From positions 56,213,906 to 56,277,905 of the forward strand of contig NC_068993.1 in assembly GCF_001194135.2 (NCBI RefSeq): a stretch of 64,000 bases of DNA, in the 5' to 3' direction. Position 1 is the stretch's first letter. Every line of letters begins with the position of its first letter. A model generated the notes under the pieces. That model ran no database searches. It worked only from the letters and a program-made list of their open reading frames with translations, and was not told the origin of the DNA. Of this stretch, positions 40,701-54,563 are shown piece after piece. The DNA is from Octopus bimaculoides (taxonomy: Eukaryota). The position numbers and the translations under genes are program-made.

Positions 40701-43700
40701 GCATTATGTACTCTTCACCATTCGGTAGTTTAGCAACGAGTTTAAACTGAAAGAGAAAAAAGTAAAAAAAAAAAAATGTAAACACAGCAGTTCAAAGTGG
40801 TGGTGGTGATGGTATGTGTGTGACTCATTTTCGCTGTTCTTCTACACTGGCATGGGTTGGATGGGTTTTATGAAGTGTTTTACACCTGGCTGCCCTTCTT
40901 GTTTCCAACCCTTTTTAATCACTTCTTGAATTTGAGCTTGAGATCATCCTGGTTTGATGAGCCTCCTCCACCACATTGGATTGCCATGGCTTGGCAGAGT
41001 GATGCAGTTTCTATACTCATGCCCAGGAGTAGAGACACATTATATCCAAGAGAGACTGATCCATGGCTAGTAAAAGTTTGAACACAGATCTGCTGGTTTG
41101 AGGTTGATCTGAGATAAAACAAACTGTCTACCAATGCACCAAAGAACTTTATTTTTTTAATAATTTTGTCTAATATAAATTCACTGAGTTTTTATTGGAG
41201 TTTCAAGAACATCACCATCAATAGCAAAACTATACTGAGCCCCTAATAAAACTCAACTTACTGTTTTGTCACCATAATCTACTTGAATGTCATCTTTATT
41301 CACATTCTTCTCAAGGATAGTAATCATAGTAAATGTTTGTGTTTGGTACCAGTCATATCTGAGGAAGAGAGACACAAAGGACAGTAGTAACAGTATGAGT
41401 TAGTGTTTAGTACCAGTCATATCTGGCTCAAAATTTTTAGTGTTTTATGATCAAACTGGCCAGATCTGGCTTCTCACAACTACCCTACAATGTCATTCAA
41501 AAACTAAACGATCATAGCATCAAATTAATTCAAAACAAGGTAAATAAATAAACATTGAATTTGGCAGCGGAATTTGAATGCTAAAGGGTTAAAGAAACTT
41601 TTAATATAATTTAACCAAAAACATTTATTTTAAAAATATTTTATTTCCTATTCTACAAACTCAATATACAATACATTGTACTGTCTTTACATTTACTTAG
41701 ATGACTTCTACATAAATAGCATCACTAGTCAGGGTTCTGTTTCCATCATTATGATATGATTTTTGAGCTGCTTCGAAGGAAATTTGGCTGCTATTTCTAA
41801 CAGGTTTAGTAACCACAAAAGCTTTCACATTTTTCAGTGTGTGTGTGTGTTTATGTTTAGAAATATTTGAAACAGGAGATGAATGTCAAAGAGAACTTCA
41901 TTTTTTAAATAATTTTGACGAGAATATTAGCATAACATTTTAGTGAAAAATCTTAGCTAAAACTTACTCATACATAAACAAAGTGGTAAATTATTAGTTT
42001 CGGTGAATTATTTTTATTCATGATAAGAAATGTTTTCGTGACTTCTTTTTTCAATTTCTCAATTGCTGTGGAAAACAATATATTTATTTATCTTACAAAC
42101 AACAGAATTGACTATTTTACTGACTGAAGAATTCTTTTATAAAATAATTTACCCACCTCAAAAATACATAATTTCAAGCGGGAGAAGGAACTACACTGAA
42201 TAAATCAATATTTTATAGCAGAATTAACTCTCTGACTGGAGATTTTAGTAAATCTGTTGCTTTTTTTTATTACTTTCATCTTTCTTCAACTAGTCTCCTT
42301 GTTTTTAATCTTTTTCCTTTCATCATACAGTTTATTATATTTGAGATACATGGTCATGAGATACATTTGAGATGCATGGTCATTTTTTTCTTTTTGCAGT
42401 CGCATGTGAAAAAAACAAACTTTGACCAAATATAAAACACAAACCTTGTTTTTCTTTACACTGTCTATACAAATTCAATGAATAAATTCAGTTTTTTTTA
42501 TCATGTTTTCCCAATAAACTGCAAGAAATTCATCTTAATCTAAGGATCAAGCGTATGACAGATGGACAGAGAGACACAGCTCGTATTATAATACAGACTG
42601 CACATTAAAATTCGGTTTATAGCTAACGCAACACTAATGGGCGAATGGTGAAGATAAGCTTATAAATAATGTTATTTGTAACATAGGCACAAGACCAGAA
42701 GTGTTTTTTTTTTTTTTAGTGGGGTGGCAGGAGGGGGCAGTATTATTCATATCAATGACTTGATGAGATGAAAAATAAAGACAACCTTAGTGGTGGTCTT
42801 AACTCAGAATTTAAAAGGATGCAACAAAATACTGCAAAACATTATCTAGCATTCTACCAATTTTGCTTATCTGCTAAGAGGGCCTTTATGTAGTCGTTAG
42901 ACATGTTAGAAATAGCAGCCAAATTTCCCTCAACTCACACCTTATTGTGTTAAATAGAAAAAGGATAAAACAGTTCATAACATTGGCATGGTTGGAAAGC
43001 TTTTGGTCAGACCTTAGTAGGGTGTGACTTTTATGCCTTTTGCAAAGGCATTAAGGCCGGTAGAAGATACAAAATGTACATGCTGAGAAAATAGAAGTTG
43101 CCAAATACAGAGGCTGTCAAAAGTCTTACTTTGTCCTGTGGGGTGCTGGAGTGGGTGTGACAGCAGAAGTAGCAGACTGAACACTTGTTTCTGGGTTCGC
43201 ATCCTGTGTGCTGCTATTTGGAACCTGAAAATCATTAAAGTAAGTTTGTTGTAAAGAACTGTAAGGGTTCTAGTGTATTCTTCAGATCTTCAGAGCTTAG
43301 AGAAGGTAAGAGATTCAAGCGCTGAACTACTTCAAATAAGGTCGCAAGTTCTAATTTCAGGTCAACCATTTTGAGTCTGTTCAGTTGTTGTTGTACAAAC
43401 CTTGATGAGTGGTGGAAGTCATGTTAAGAAATTTAGGGATTGCAGCCGACCAACACAGAGCAACAAGATTTGCCATAATTTGGTTTGAGATTACACAGGA
43501 TGTAGGAGATGGCTTGTGTGGTGTGGTACAGACATGTGTGGGTAGCTGGTGCATGATGTACAGGATGTAGTGTAGAGAGGTTATATATAGTGAAGTGTAA
43601 TATTATAGACATAGCATTTGGGTGTTTTATAATGTGCAATGAATGATAGGCTGTGTGAAGTGTAAGTGTGGTCATACGGACAAGTTGTGTAGAGTGTAGT

Positions 43701-46182
43701 ATGGCAGTGGTGCATGTGTGATGTGTAGTTTGATAGTATGGAGATGTGTAACATGACGTTGTATGGGATGTAGTTTAGTGTAAAAATCAAGGTATATTGA
43801 CCTCAGGATGCTGAACCTTTCAGATGAGATGACAAAGGACTGAGATGCCTGGTGCCTTGCTGTACTCAAGAAGACCCATACTCCACAGCAGAAGTGTTAA
43901 GGCCACTCCACTTGCTGAAGAGGATTGGCCTGCAAGAGTCCGGTGCCGGTGCCATGTTAAAAGCTCCCAGCACACTCTGTAAAGTGGTTGGTGTTAGGAA
44001 GGGCATCCAGCCGTAGAAATCGCGCCAAATCAGACTAGAGCCTGTTGTAGCTCTCCAGCTTTGGTCAAACCATCCAACCCATGCCAGCATGGATAACAGA
44101 CATTAAAAGATGATGATGATGATGGTGATGGTGATGGCAGCATGATGTAGTGTGGCAGTGAGGATGTGCAGAGGGCTTTGTAGTACTAAGGATGTGTACT
44201 GCAGTAATGGTGATATGTTGTGTATTGAATTTGTGGGGACATGAAGGGTATAGTGAGGATGTGTGCAGTGCAGGGTACTAATAAGGACATCTTGAGTGGT
44301 GCAGAGTGGTAGCAGGGACACGATGAGTGGTGCAGAGTGGTAGCAGGGACACGATGAGTGGTGCAGTGCGAGAGCAAAATGTTGTGTGGTGTGTGGCACA
44401 TTAGCAGGAACATCATCATCATCGTTTAACGTCCGCTTTCCATGCTAGCATGGGTTGGACGATTTGACTGAGGACTGGTGAAACCGGATGGCAACACCAG
44501 GCTCCAGTCTGATTTGGCAGAGTTTCTACAGCTGGATGCCCTTCCTAACGCCAACCACTCAGAGAGTGTAGTGGGTGCTTTTACGTGTCACCCGCACGAA
44601 AACGGCCACGCTCGAAATGGTGTCTTTTATGTGCCACCCGCACAAGCCAGTCCAGGGGCACTGGCAACGATCTCGCTCGAAAATCCTACAGGAGCCAGTC
44701 AGGCGGTACTGGCAACGGCCACGCTCAAAATGGTGCATCTCATGTGCCACCCGCACAAGAACCAGTCCAGGGGCACTGGCAACGATCTTACTTGGCTTGC
44801 CGGGTCTTCTCACGCACAGCCCATTTCCAAAGGTCTCGGTCCGTAATCCTAAAATATAATTCGAACTTTAAGAGAGAATTTTAAACTTTTCTCTAAAGAC
44901 TCATTTAACTGGACAATTTAGATGCTTCCAAAGGAAATATTTTGGACAGTGGGGAGAAGTGTGGGCTTACATAAACAGAATGGAAGTTTAATCAATAGTG
45001 AAGCATTATCTATGATGTACTGTGCATAAAATTCTGTTGTTTTATGTGACTAATTAAATACAAATGAACAGGTAGGACCATGAAAGGATTTACAAAATAT
45101 AGGTGTGAAAATGTAAGGTATGAATAAGGAATAAAAAATAACTTACTGAATTCTGTTGTTTTTGTTCTTTTGGCACTGAAAAATATGGAAAAGAAAAATA
45201 TTTATCTATAGAAAGTATTACACTGTAACAGGAATACTGTAATAGAAAATATAATGACAATATATACTGAGTGACTCACAAGTCTTTTAGAGTGTATGTG
45301 TTATATATATATATATATNNNNNNNNNNNNNNNNNNNNNNNNNNNNNNNNNNNNNNNNNNNNNNNNNNNNNNNATATATAATATCCATTTTCCCTGTTGG
45401 CATGGGTTGGACAGTTTGACAAGATCCAAAGAGCTGCATTGTACTCCAACGTCAGCTTTGGCATAAGTTTCTATAGCTGGATGTCCTTCCTAATGTCACT
45501 CATTTCACAATATATACTGGATCTTCTTTTTTTTTTTACGGCATGCCATCTAGATCTGTACCACTAAGTAGCATTGCCTTAGTCTGTAACAGCTGCAAAG
45601 GACTGCACAAACACATGCAATTATCTAGGTCTACACCAATGCCATAACTGTTAGTTAACTTGATAAAATACAATGGAAGACACTTACAGCCAAGCTTTTC
45701 TCTACAAGAATCTAGCCACAGTTCCACAGTCTTGTTGTTACCTAGAAGGAAGCAGAGAACACTTTGATAATTTAACATGCAATAGACTTATTGTACATTA
45801 AAAGGTAAAGAATATTAGTGTGTGTGTGTGTGTGATCATCATCATTATTTTAACACCCACTTTTCTATGTTAGCATGAATCAGATGGAATTTGTGGAGGT
45901 ATATTTCTTATAGCCAGAGGCCCTTCTTGTCATCAACTTTGTCTCTTACTATAGCCCCAGGTCGACTAGAGCTTTGTGAATGCACTTGGTAGGCAGAAAC
46001 TGACAGAAGCTTGTCACATGGTCATGTGTGTGTGTTTCCTTGTGTCCACTTTGTGTGGAAGGTGAAAATCAGTGCCACCATTCTTCCACAAAAATATTGT
46101 TTGGAAATATGGGCAAATGTTTCCTATTTTAGGACTGGGCTAACCAAAGTTTTGTGATAGGATTTGGTAGAAGGAAACAGAA

Positions 46183-46216
<34 letters not shown>

Positions 46217-46473
46217 CTTGTTTTTGTATACATTCACTTGCTTTCTTCCAAGGAGTCTAGTGCTTTTAGCTTAGATTTTCTTGGGGCCGGCCAGAGTGGA
46301 GCAGTCTTGAGTGTAACTGGCTGAAACTGCAAAGATGATCTGGAACCCGACTGAGGATAGGGAGCTCCGAATGGTCTGTCCTTGTTTTTTCCTGTCCTTT
46401 TTTTGTATTGCCTAACTGTTTGGATGTTTTTTGTTGTCGCCTGTTATGTTCTTGTTTGATTTTTTGTTTCCTT

Positions 46474-46517
<44 letters not shown>

Positions 46518-48296
46518 CAAAGATATCATCATCATCATCATCATTTAATGTCCACTTTCCATGCTGGCATGGGTTGGACGGTTTGACATGGAGCTGGCTA
46601 GGCAGAAAACTGCACCACACTTCACTGTTGGTTTTGGCATGGTTTTTATGGCTGGATGCCCTTCCTATCACCAAAAGCACCATTTGAGTGTGGTCGATAC
46701 CAGTCCTCCCCCGACTGGCTCCTGTGCTGGTGGCATGTAAAAAGCACCATCCAAATGTGGTCGATGCCAGTGCTGCCTGACTGGCTCCCCGTGCCGGTGG
46801 ACCATAAAAAGCACCCATTGCACTCTCAGGGTGGTTGGCGTTAGGAAGGGCATCCAGCTGTAGAAACCTTGCCAGATCAGATTGGAGCCTGGTACAGCCT
46901 ACTGGCTTGCCAGTCCCCAGTCAGACTGTCCAACCCATGCCAGTATGGAAAGCAGACATTAAACGATGATGATGATGATGATAAATAAACACTACAAGAG
47001 TGATTAGTGCATCTGCTGTATGGCATCTTACAGAATTAAACATTACTTACTATCTAACTTTTGGCCATGCTGGAACGTAGCTAAAGCTTCTTGATACCTC
47101 TTCAATTCAAACTGGCAAATCCTATAAGAGCAGAAAAACACAAATATAAAGCTACTATATTCAGAATGTCTTTCCGTTGTCCTAAGGCTAGGAAAAAGCT
47201 GCCTCCAGATAGTTATCTCCTAGAATACAAACAGAAAGCCACACAAGGCGCACTACACTAGGATCACATTAGACATGTCACATTTGATACATAACACTAG
47301 GCACAACAGACTAGACATAGCACAAGAACCACACTAAAACTATATTACTAGACATACAACACTAAATGTACGCACATTAGGACCTCAATACTTGCACTGT
47401 TCGTCATACAGGGAGGCATAGAGGTGACCAATTCAAAATTTAGAAGCGATTTACAGTTCTAGGAAATCGGTTATTGAATATTTTCGTCTGGTGTGTTAGG
47501 CCAGACCACATTGTGTCCATCCATCATAAAGTGGATAGTTGTCCCATAGGTTTAAAAGAATGCATATTTTTGTGTGACTTGTGCCTTTACTACACTTTCA
47601 GCCATCATAGTACGACAATACAAGGCTGTGTCCATGTGTGTACAGCTACTGAAACAATTTACAAGAATGCATGCATAGACTGAGAAGACTGGCTTTGTGG
47701 TGGTGCAGTCTGTTTTTTATGCTGGCACCACAAGACACTGCACATACTGTTATTATACCATTTGTTGTCAGTGAGCCTCTATATGACTGCTTGACCTGTT
47801 AGAAACAGCAACAAAATGAAGTCCTAGACATATTCACAATGCCTAAAAATAAAACAGGACGGTTACTATCAGAATGTATTTTGACAAATCTGTTTGATAG
47901 TGAGCTAACCAAGATTTAAACAATAACACCACCGTTTGTTGCGAAGAGATAGAAATAAAAAATTGTAACTTACCCTTTTCGTATAAATACTTTCATTGAG
48001 TTAGGATTTAACAAAATGGAATTTTCTGAATCTTCAATGGCTTCTACAAAAGAGACAAAAAAATATCATTTATCAATATATATAGTTAGTTAATTCTACA
48101 TTACTCAGTTAGGGGCATAGGGAGAGTTCCCCAGTTTGTCATAGTACCAGTTTCCTGGCTATTGAACTGGAGCTATGTAGAATGAAGTGTTCTGCTCAAG
48201 AACACAATGCATCACCCAGTCCTGGAATTGAAACCAGGATCTTACATTCATGAATCCAACACCCTAACCAGTAAGCCATGCGTCTCCACATATGTA

Positions 48297-48367
<71 letters not shown>

Positions 48368-50047
48368 TCAGTTTCATATCTGAAGGTAATCCTTAAACAA
48401 GGTTGGTTAATGACAAGAATTCTAGTAGGTTTCAAAGTGCTATTATATATACACAAATTTACTCTCATGTATCGATTTCTCTTCAATTTATCTGTAAAGT
48501 TGTAAGTAGAAAATGTGCATATGCATGCATGCACACACACACACACACATTCCCTACTTACAAAAACTATACCACATCAAAGTCACACATACACACAAAC
48601 ACTGCATTCTTAAAATAGCAGCAGCACTTGACACAAAGGTTTCTTTGTTTCATTTACTCATGGAATCCACAACCAAAAAACAAAAACAAAAAATGAGAGA
48701 AGGAAGTGACCGGGTTTTCAGGTCAATGCCTGATGTAAACAGACTAAAAATACCCCTACAGGATGTTCAGATGATTTATCTTTCTCACTAGTTATTGAAT
48801 ATCCCACCTTAAATTACTCATATTCTTTAAGTCTAGAAACTAAATCTCTTGCTGGTGAATCAGATATCCACTTGCTCGTGCACAGCTGTGCAGAGTTTTA
48901 TATCGAAATATATATAAGGTCTGATCAAAAACTATTGGAGTTGGTTCTATAAAAAGAAAACTACAACACACATCAATTTGGCATTTAATCCCCTTCGAAA
49001 CAGTCCCCTTTTGAAGCCACACACTTTTTCCAGCGTCATTTCCATTGATGGAAGCATTCTTGGAACTCCCTTTTTTTGGGGATTGTGAGCAGCTGCCTTG
49101 CTGCATTCTCTTATCTTGGAATTCTGTTGGAGGGTCTTCCACTGCAAAGACTGACTGGCTCCCTGTGCCAGTGGCATGTAAAAAGAACTATTTGAATGTG
49201 ATTGGTGCCAGGCCCGCCTGACTGGCTCCTGTGCCAATGGCATGTAAAAAGCACCCACTACACTCTTGGAGTGGTTGGCATTAGGAAGGGTGTCCAGCTG
49301 AAGAAACTTTGCCAAATCATATTGGAGCCTAGTGCAGCTGCTGGCTTTCCAGGTCTTAGTCAAACCGTCCAACCCATGCCAGCATGGAAAACGGACGTTA
49401 AACGATGATGATGATGATGAAAAGGGTCAATATATAACACTATGCATAACTAGTGTGGCAGTGTGATTAAGAAGCTTGTTTCCCAACCACATGGTTTCAG
49501 GTTCAGTCCCCACTGTGTGGCACCTTGGGCAAATGTCTTCCACTATAACCTCAAACCGATCAAAGACTTGTGAGTGGTTTCAGTAAATGGAAACTGAAAG
49601 AAGCCTGTTATGTGAATGTGTGTATGTATATTGGCATTAGGAAGGGCATCCAGCCATAGAAAACATGCCAAATCAGATTTAAACCTGGTGCAGCCCTCCA
49701 GCTTAGCAGTTTCAGTCAAACCAGCTAACCCTTGCCAGCATGGAAAGTAGATGCTAAATGATGATGATGATGATGATATACATGTGTGTGTATTAATGTG
49801 AATATCTATGTCTCCTCATCTTGATATTGCTGGATAATTGAAAATGAATGCCTTTCTCACACAAGCATTGTCATTCATTTTGTAATATTCTGCAAAAAGA
49901 TGCCTGGCCAAGAGGGGCCGGGGGTGGGATATGACCTTACGTAGAAAGAGGTTGGCAACAGAAAGAGCATCTTCCTGTAGAACATATACACCTCAATAAA
50001 CTGTGTATTATTGTCTCCTTGCACTCAAAGTTATACACAGACACACA

Positions 50048-50093
<46 letters not shown>

Positions 50094-53000
50094 GGCACAA
50101 CTCTTTCAGTTTTAATCCACCAGATTGACTCACACTGGTGACCAAAGACACTTGTGCAAGATGCCATGAAGAGGGATTGAACCAGAAACCATGTGAGAAA
50201 AAAAAAACAGCTGAGGGGAAAATACTCAGGGTATTTGTACAACATACAAGTATGACGGGATTTCACACGTAATATTGTGAATTAAGTTACCTCCAATAAG
50301 ACCAGATCCAATCTACAAATTTTCGCTCAACTGAATAGAGTTATTTCCCTTGTCTTTCAAAAAAAATTTTTTTAAACATCTACCTCTAACTCATCTAGGG
50401 AGAATTTTGCAACATTTCCTTCAAAAATTGCAGTTGATTGAAGCTTTCCACCTCATTATATGTCACACATGCAACACCCTGCCATATTTTTGGACTAAGA
50501 ATGCAGAATAGTTTCTCCTTAGGTATTTTCTTCTCGGTCATGTATTATTGCCAAACACATTCCATGATTCTGATCCAAGTGGATTTTAGTGGCTAATCAG
50601 CACTGAGGTCATGTCATGTCATCTTGGACCCCTTTTTATTTTCCATCTATAATATGTATAAGAGATTTTGTGGGAGCAACTGCTTCACAGCTGGAAGTCT
50701 TTCATATTCTAGAAAAAAAAAAGACCAATCCTGGACAGTGGACTGGAGGAACTGTAAAAATGCTGGACAGGATGCCTTGTGGTATTAGTTCTGGCACTTT
50801 GTGTTTCAAGTTCAAATCTCACCATAGCTAATTGTTTGCTTTAATCACCCAGCACCTTGGGTGCATTTAAGCAGTCTACTGTTACAAGCACTTGAGGTAG
50901 ACTTCCAGTACAAGGATAGTCCTCTTTCTCCTACCTACTAGTCAAGGAGGCCCTACACAAAGACATGGCTACTGCCTTCCCTCCTGACTAGAAGATGAAA
51001 AAATAAAAAAACTAAAAAAAAACTTAATGATCAATCTACATCCAGAAAGGCAGGGGAGACAATCACAAAATTTTAATTAAAATAAGTTGGCGATTCAGAG
51101 AAGGTCGAGTCTGAACTTGGCAGTACAGTAAACAACTGTGGTTATGCTTCAGTTTTATTACATCTCTTCAGCTGTACTGCCAGACAGAAAGGACTTGTGA
51201 GAGATAGATATAGATGAGATAGATATAGATGAGTCGTGTGATAATTTAAACAGGTGAAGGTTGGCTACAGGAAGGACACCCAGCTGTAGAAAAAGGAAAT
51301 CTGCCTCAACAAATTCCATCTGCAAGCATGCTCATGTAGTCCCTGTTGAGTTTGTTGTCTCAATGCTATAAGAAAAAAAATAAAACACCCATGTCTACAG
51401 CTTCCACCCAAATCACAGGACAGAAAAAAGCAGCCAATCTTCCTCACATTACAACCTATTGCTTTTAAGAAAATACACATTGTTGATCGATTATAACTGA
51501 CTAAAAAAAGATGGTCGTGACTGGAACATCCCTGATCATAGGGTTGCTCAATTAAGGTTATGTGAGGTTATTAGTCGTACATAAATATATTGATTAATGT
51601 AAGAGAGAGAGAGAGAGAGAGAGAGTGGGAGGGGGGAATGCTTATGAATACTTACTTTCATATTCGTTTAATTTGAAGTAAGCATGGGCCCTGTTGGTGA
51701 AATATTCACTTTTGGTTTTATTGGCAGCAATTGCTTTTGTGAAGAGCTGAAAATATATATCAAAAGATAATTACTGTATATGTCAGTGTATAAAGACATA
51801 TTGTTAGTTAACAAAGCAGGGGTTAGCTTACCTTCAACCAAGTTAGCAACGTACCATACGCCATAGGGTTGAAGATTCACATTTTTTACATGGAGTAAAA
51901 AAAAAAAAACAAATAACCCCCTCTCTATTTAGGGGAGATTTTTTAGAGTTAAAAGGCCATCTTGACATATAAACTATTTTGTTTACAAATAACGAACATT
52001 GATAATTACTAGGCACACCCTGACACTCACCTCTAAACCTCACTAATGTACTCTGACCGTCATTACATCCTATACAATGTACCCTTAACCCTTTAGCATT
52101 TAAACTGAGCATATCCAGTCAAAATATTCTACCTGTTTTATGTTCTGACCAGATCTGGCTTATCATACCAACCCTACAATAACAACTGGTACTTAATTTA
52201 TCGACCCCAAAAGGATAAAGGCAAAGTTGACCTTGGCGGAATTTGAACTCAGAACGTAAAGACAGACAAAATACCGCAAAGCATTTTGCCTGGCATGCTA
52301 ACGATTCTGCTAATGATTCTGCTAATGATTCTGCTAATGATTCTGCTAATGATTCTGCCAGCTTGCCGCCTTAAAGCAACAAAATAATGCTTAATTAATT
52401 CAAAACGATATGAATTAATAAGTATTACATTTGACAGAATAATATGAATGCTAAAGGGTTAAATAAGATGGAGAAAAAAAGGAAAAGAAAAAGATGAAAT
52501 AAAAGTCATAAAATGGAACTTACATCAACTGCACTTTGATAATTCTCATTGACAAATTCAGCATTGGCTTGCCTGAAAGAATAACAACAGATATCACACA
52601 GATATCACACAGATATCACACATATATCACACAGATATCACACAGATATCACACAGATATCACACATATATCACACAGATATCACACAGATATCACACAT
52701 ATATCACACAGATATCACACAGATATCACACAGATATCACACAGATATCACACAGATATCACACATATATCACACAGATATCACACAGATATCACACAGA
52801 TATCACACAGATATCACACAGATATCACACATATATCACACAGATATCACACAGATATCACACAGATATCACACAGATATCACACAGATATATATATATA
52901 AATATCTATACACACACATATCTTTATCAAAATCATTTAATGTCCCTTTTTCACACTAACATGGGTAGGTTATATCATCATCATCCTCATCGACTGAAAA

Positions 53001-54118
53001 AATGATACAATGACCTAACTAAGAATATTAATTCCGATTCTTTAATCCAAAAAATTTGGAATTGTGTAAATGTATGAATTTTAAACACACACACAGAGAG
53101 AAAATCTGCCTTTTATAGATAAGATACTGCTATCCACTCCAATGGCTGGTCCCTCAATTGGTTCAATATTTGAAAGACTCTCCTTCTCCCAATCATTCTC
53201 CACATTTAACAACTTTTCATGATGGCATCTCCACACATCTTTCTTCTCCGAATCACTAAGTGCAAGCATACCATCATCCATTCACACACATTTCTCACCT
53301 ACCACATCTCTATTCTCTCTGATACACTGCTTTGCAATCCTGAACACCTCATACTTCTGATCCTCATGTTACCATAGAAGCTCCCAAACAGAGGGCAAGC
53401 AGCAATTGCAGGGTTACTGGCCAGTACCTGAATTAGATAAGCTTAGTTTAGACTACCTTTTCTTGGTCTTTCCTGATTGACTGGGAGAGCAATGCTGTCC
53501 CTTGGACTGCACAGATACTGCTAAAGCTATCCCCCATCTTAGTTTGGAAAAGAAATTTAGAAATTATTTCAAATGGTTTAGGAAATATTCCACTGTACAG
53601 AACTGGTGAGTCTCCTCGGGTTTTCTACACTAAAATATTATTCTCTTGGATTTGTTCTGACAAGGACAGGTGTATCTATATTGCTGTCTAGTTCTAGAAA
53701 GCTGGTGACTCTCTATAGGGGTCAACGACTATCATACATATTCCTTTATTTGTTTCCGTCATTTGACTGCGACGATTCTGGAGCACCTACTTAAGCCTAG
53801 TACTTATCCCATCGGCCTTTTGCCGAACCGCTACGTTACGGGGACGTAAACACACCAAACACCGTTTGCCAAGCGGTGATGGGGGGGGGGACAAACACGA
53901 CACACACATATATATTTGACAGACTTCTTTCAGTTTCTGTCTACCAAATCTACTAACAAAGCTTTGTTTAGTCCGACGCTATATATGACACTTGCTCAAG
54001 GTACTATGTAGTGAGACTGAACGGAGGACTATGTGGTTGGGAGACAAGCTTCTTACCACACAGCCACACACACAAATATACACGATATATACATACATAA
54101 ATACACACAACTGACTCT

Positions 54119-54165
<47 letters not shown>

Positions 54166-54489
54166 NNNNNNNNNNNNNNNNNNNNNNNNNNNNNNNNNNN
54201 NNNNNNNNNNNNNNNNNNNNNNNNNNNNNNNNNNNNNNNNNNNNNNNNNNNNNNNNNNNNNNNNNNNNNNNNNNNNNNNNNNNNNNNNNNNNNNNNNNNN
54301 NNNNNNNNNNNNNNNNNNNNNNNNNNNNNNNNNNNNNNNNNNNNNNNNNNNNNNNNNNNNNNNNNNNNNNNNNNNNNNNNNNNNNNNNNNNNNNNNNNNN
54401 NNNNNNNNNNNNNNNNNNNNNNNNNNNNNNNNNNNNNNNNNNNNNNNNNNNNNNNNNNNNNNNNNNNNNNNNNNNNNNNNNNNNNNNNN

Positions 54490-54563
<74 letters not shown>

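Noticed and set aside
40985-41070. Box C/D snoRNA-like motifs (GTGATGC ... CTGA flanked by CCATGG)
   Set aside because: Antisense to the host gene, non-canonical C box, no guide complementarity recognised.
43796-43862. Candidate SUGT1 exon [19 protein letters not shown]
   Set aside because: Weak donor and not needed: the 45175-45147 micro-exon resolves the phase with consensus sites.
52536-52901. 121-aa ORF with an [11 protein letters not shown] repeat
   Set aside because: Antisense translation of the 11-bp minisatellite in SUGT1 intron 1.
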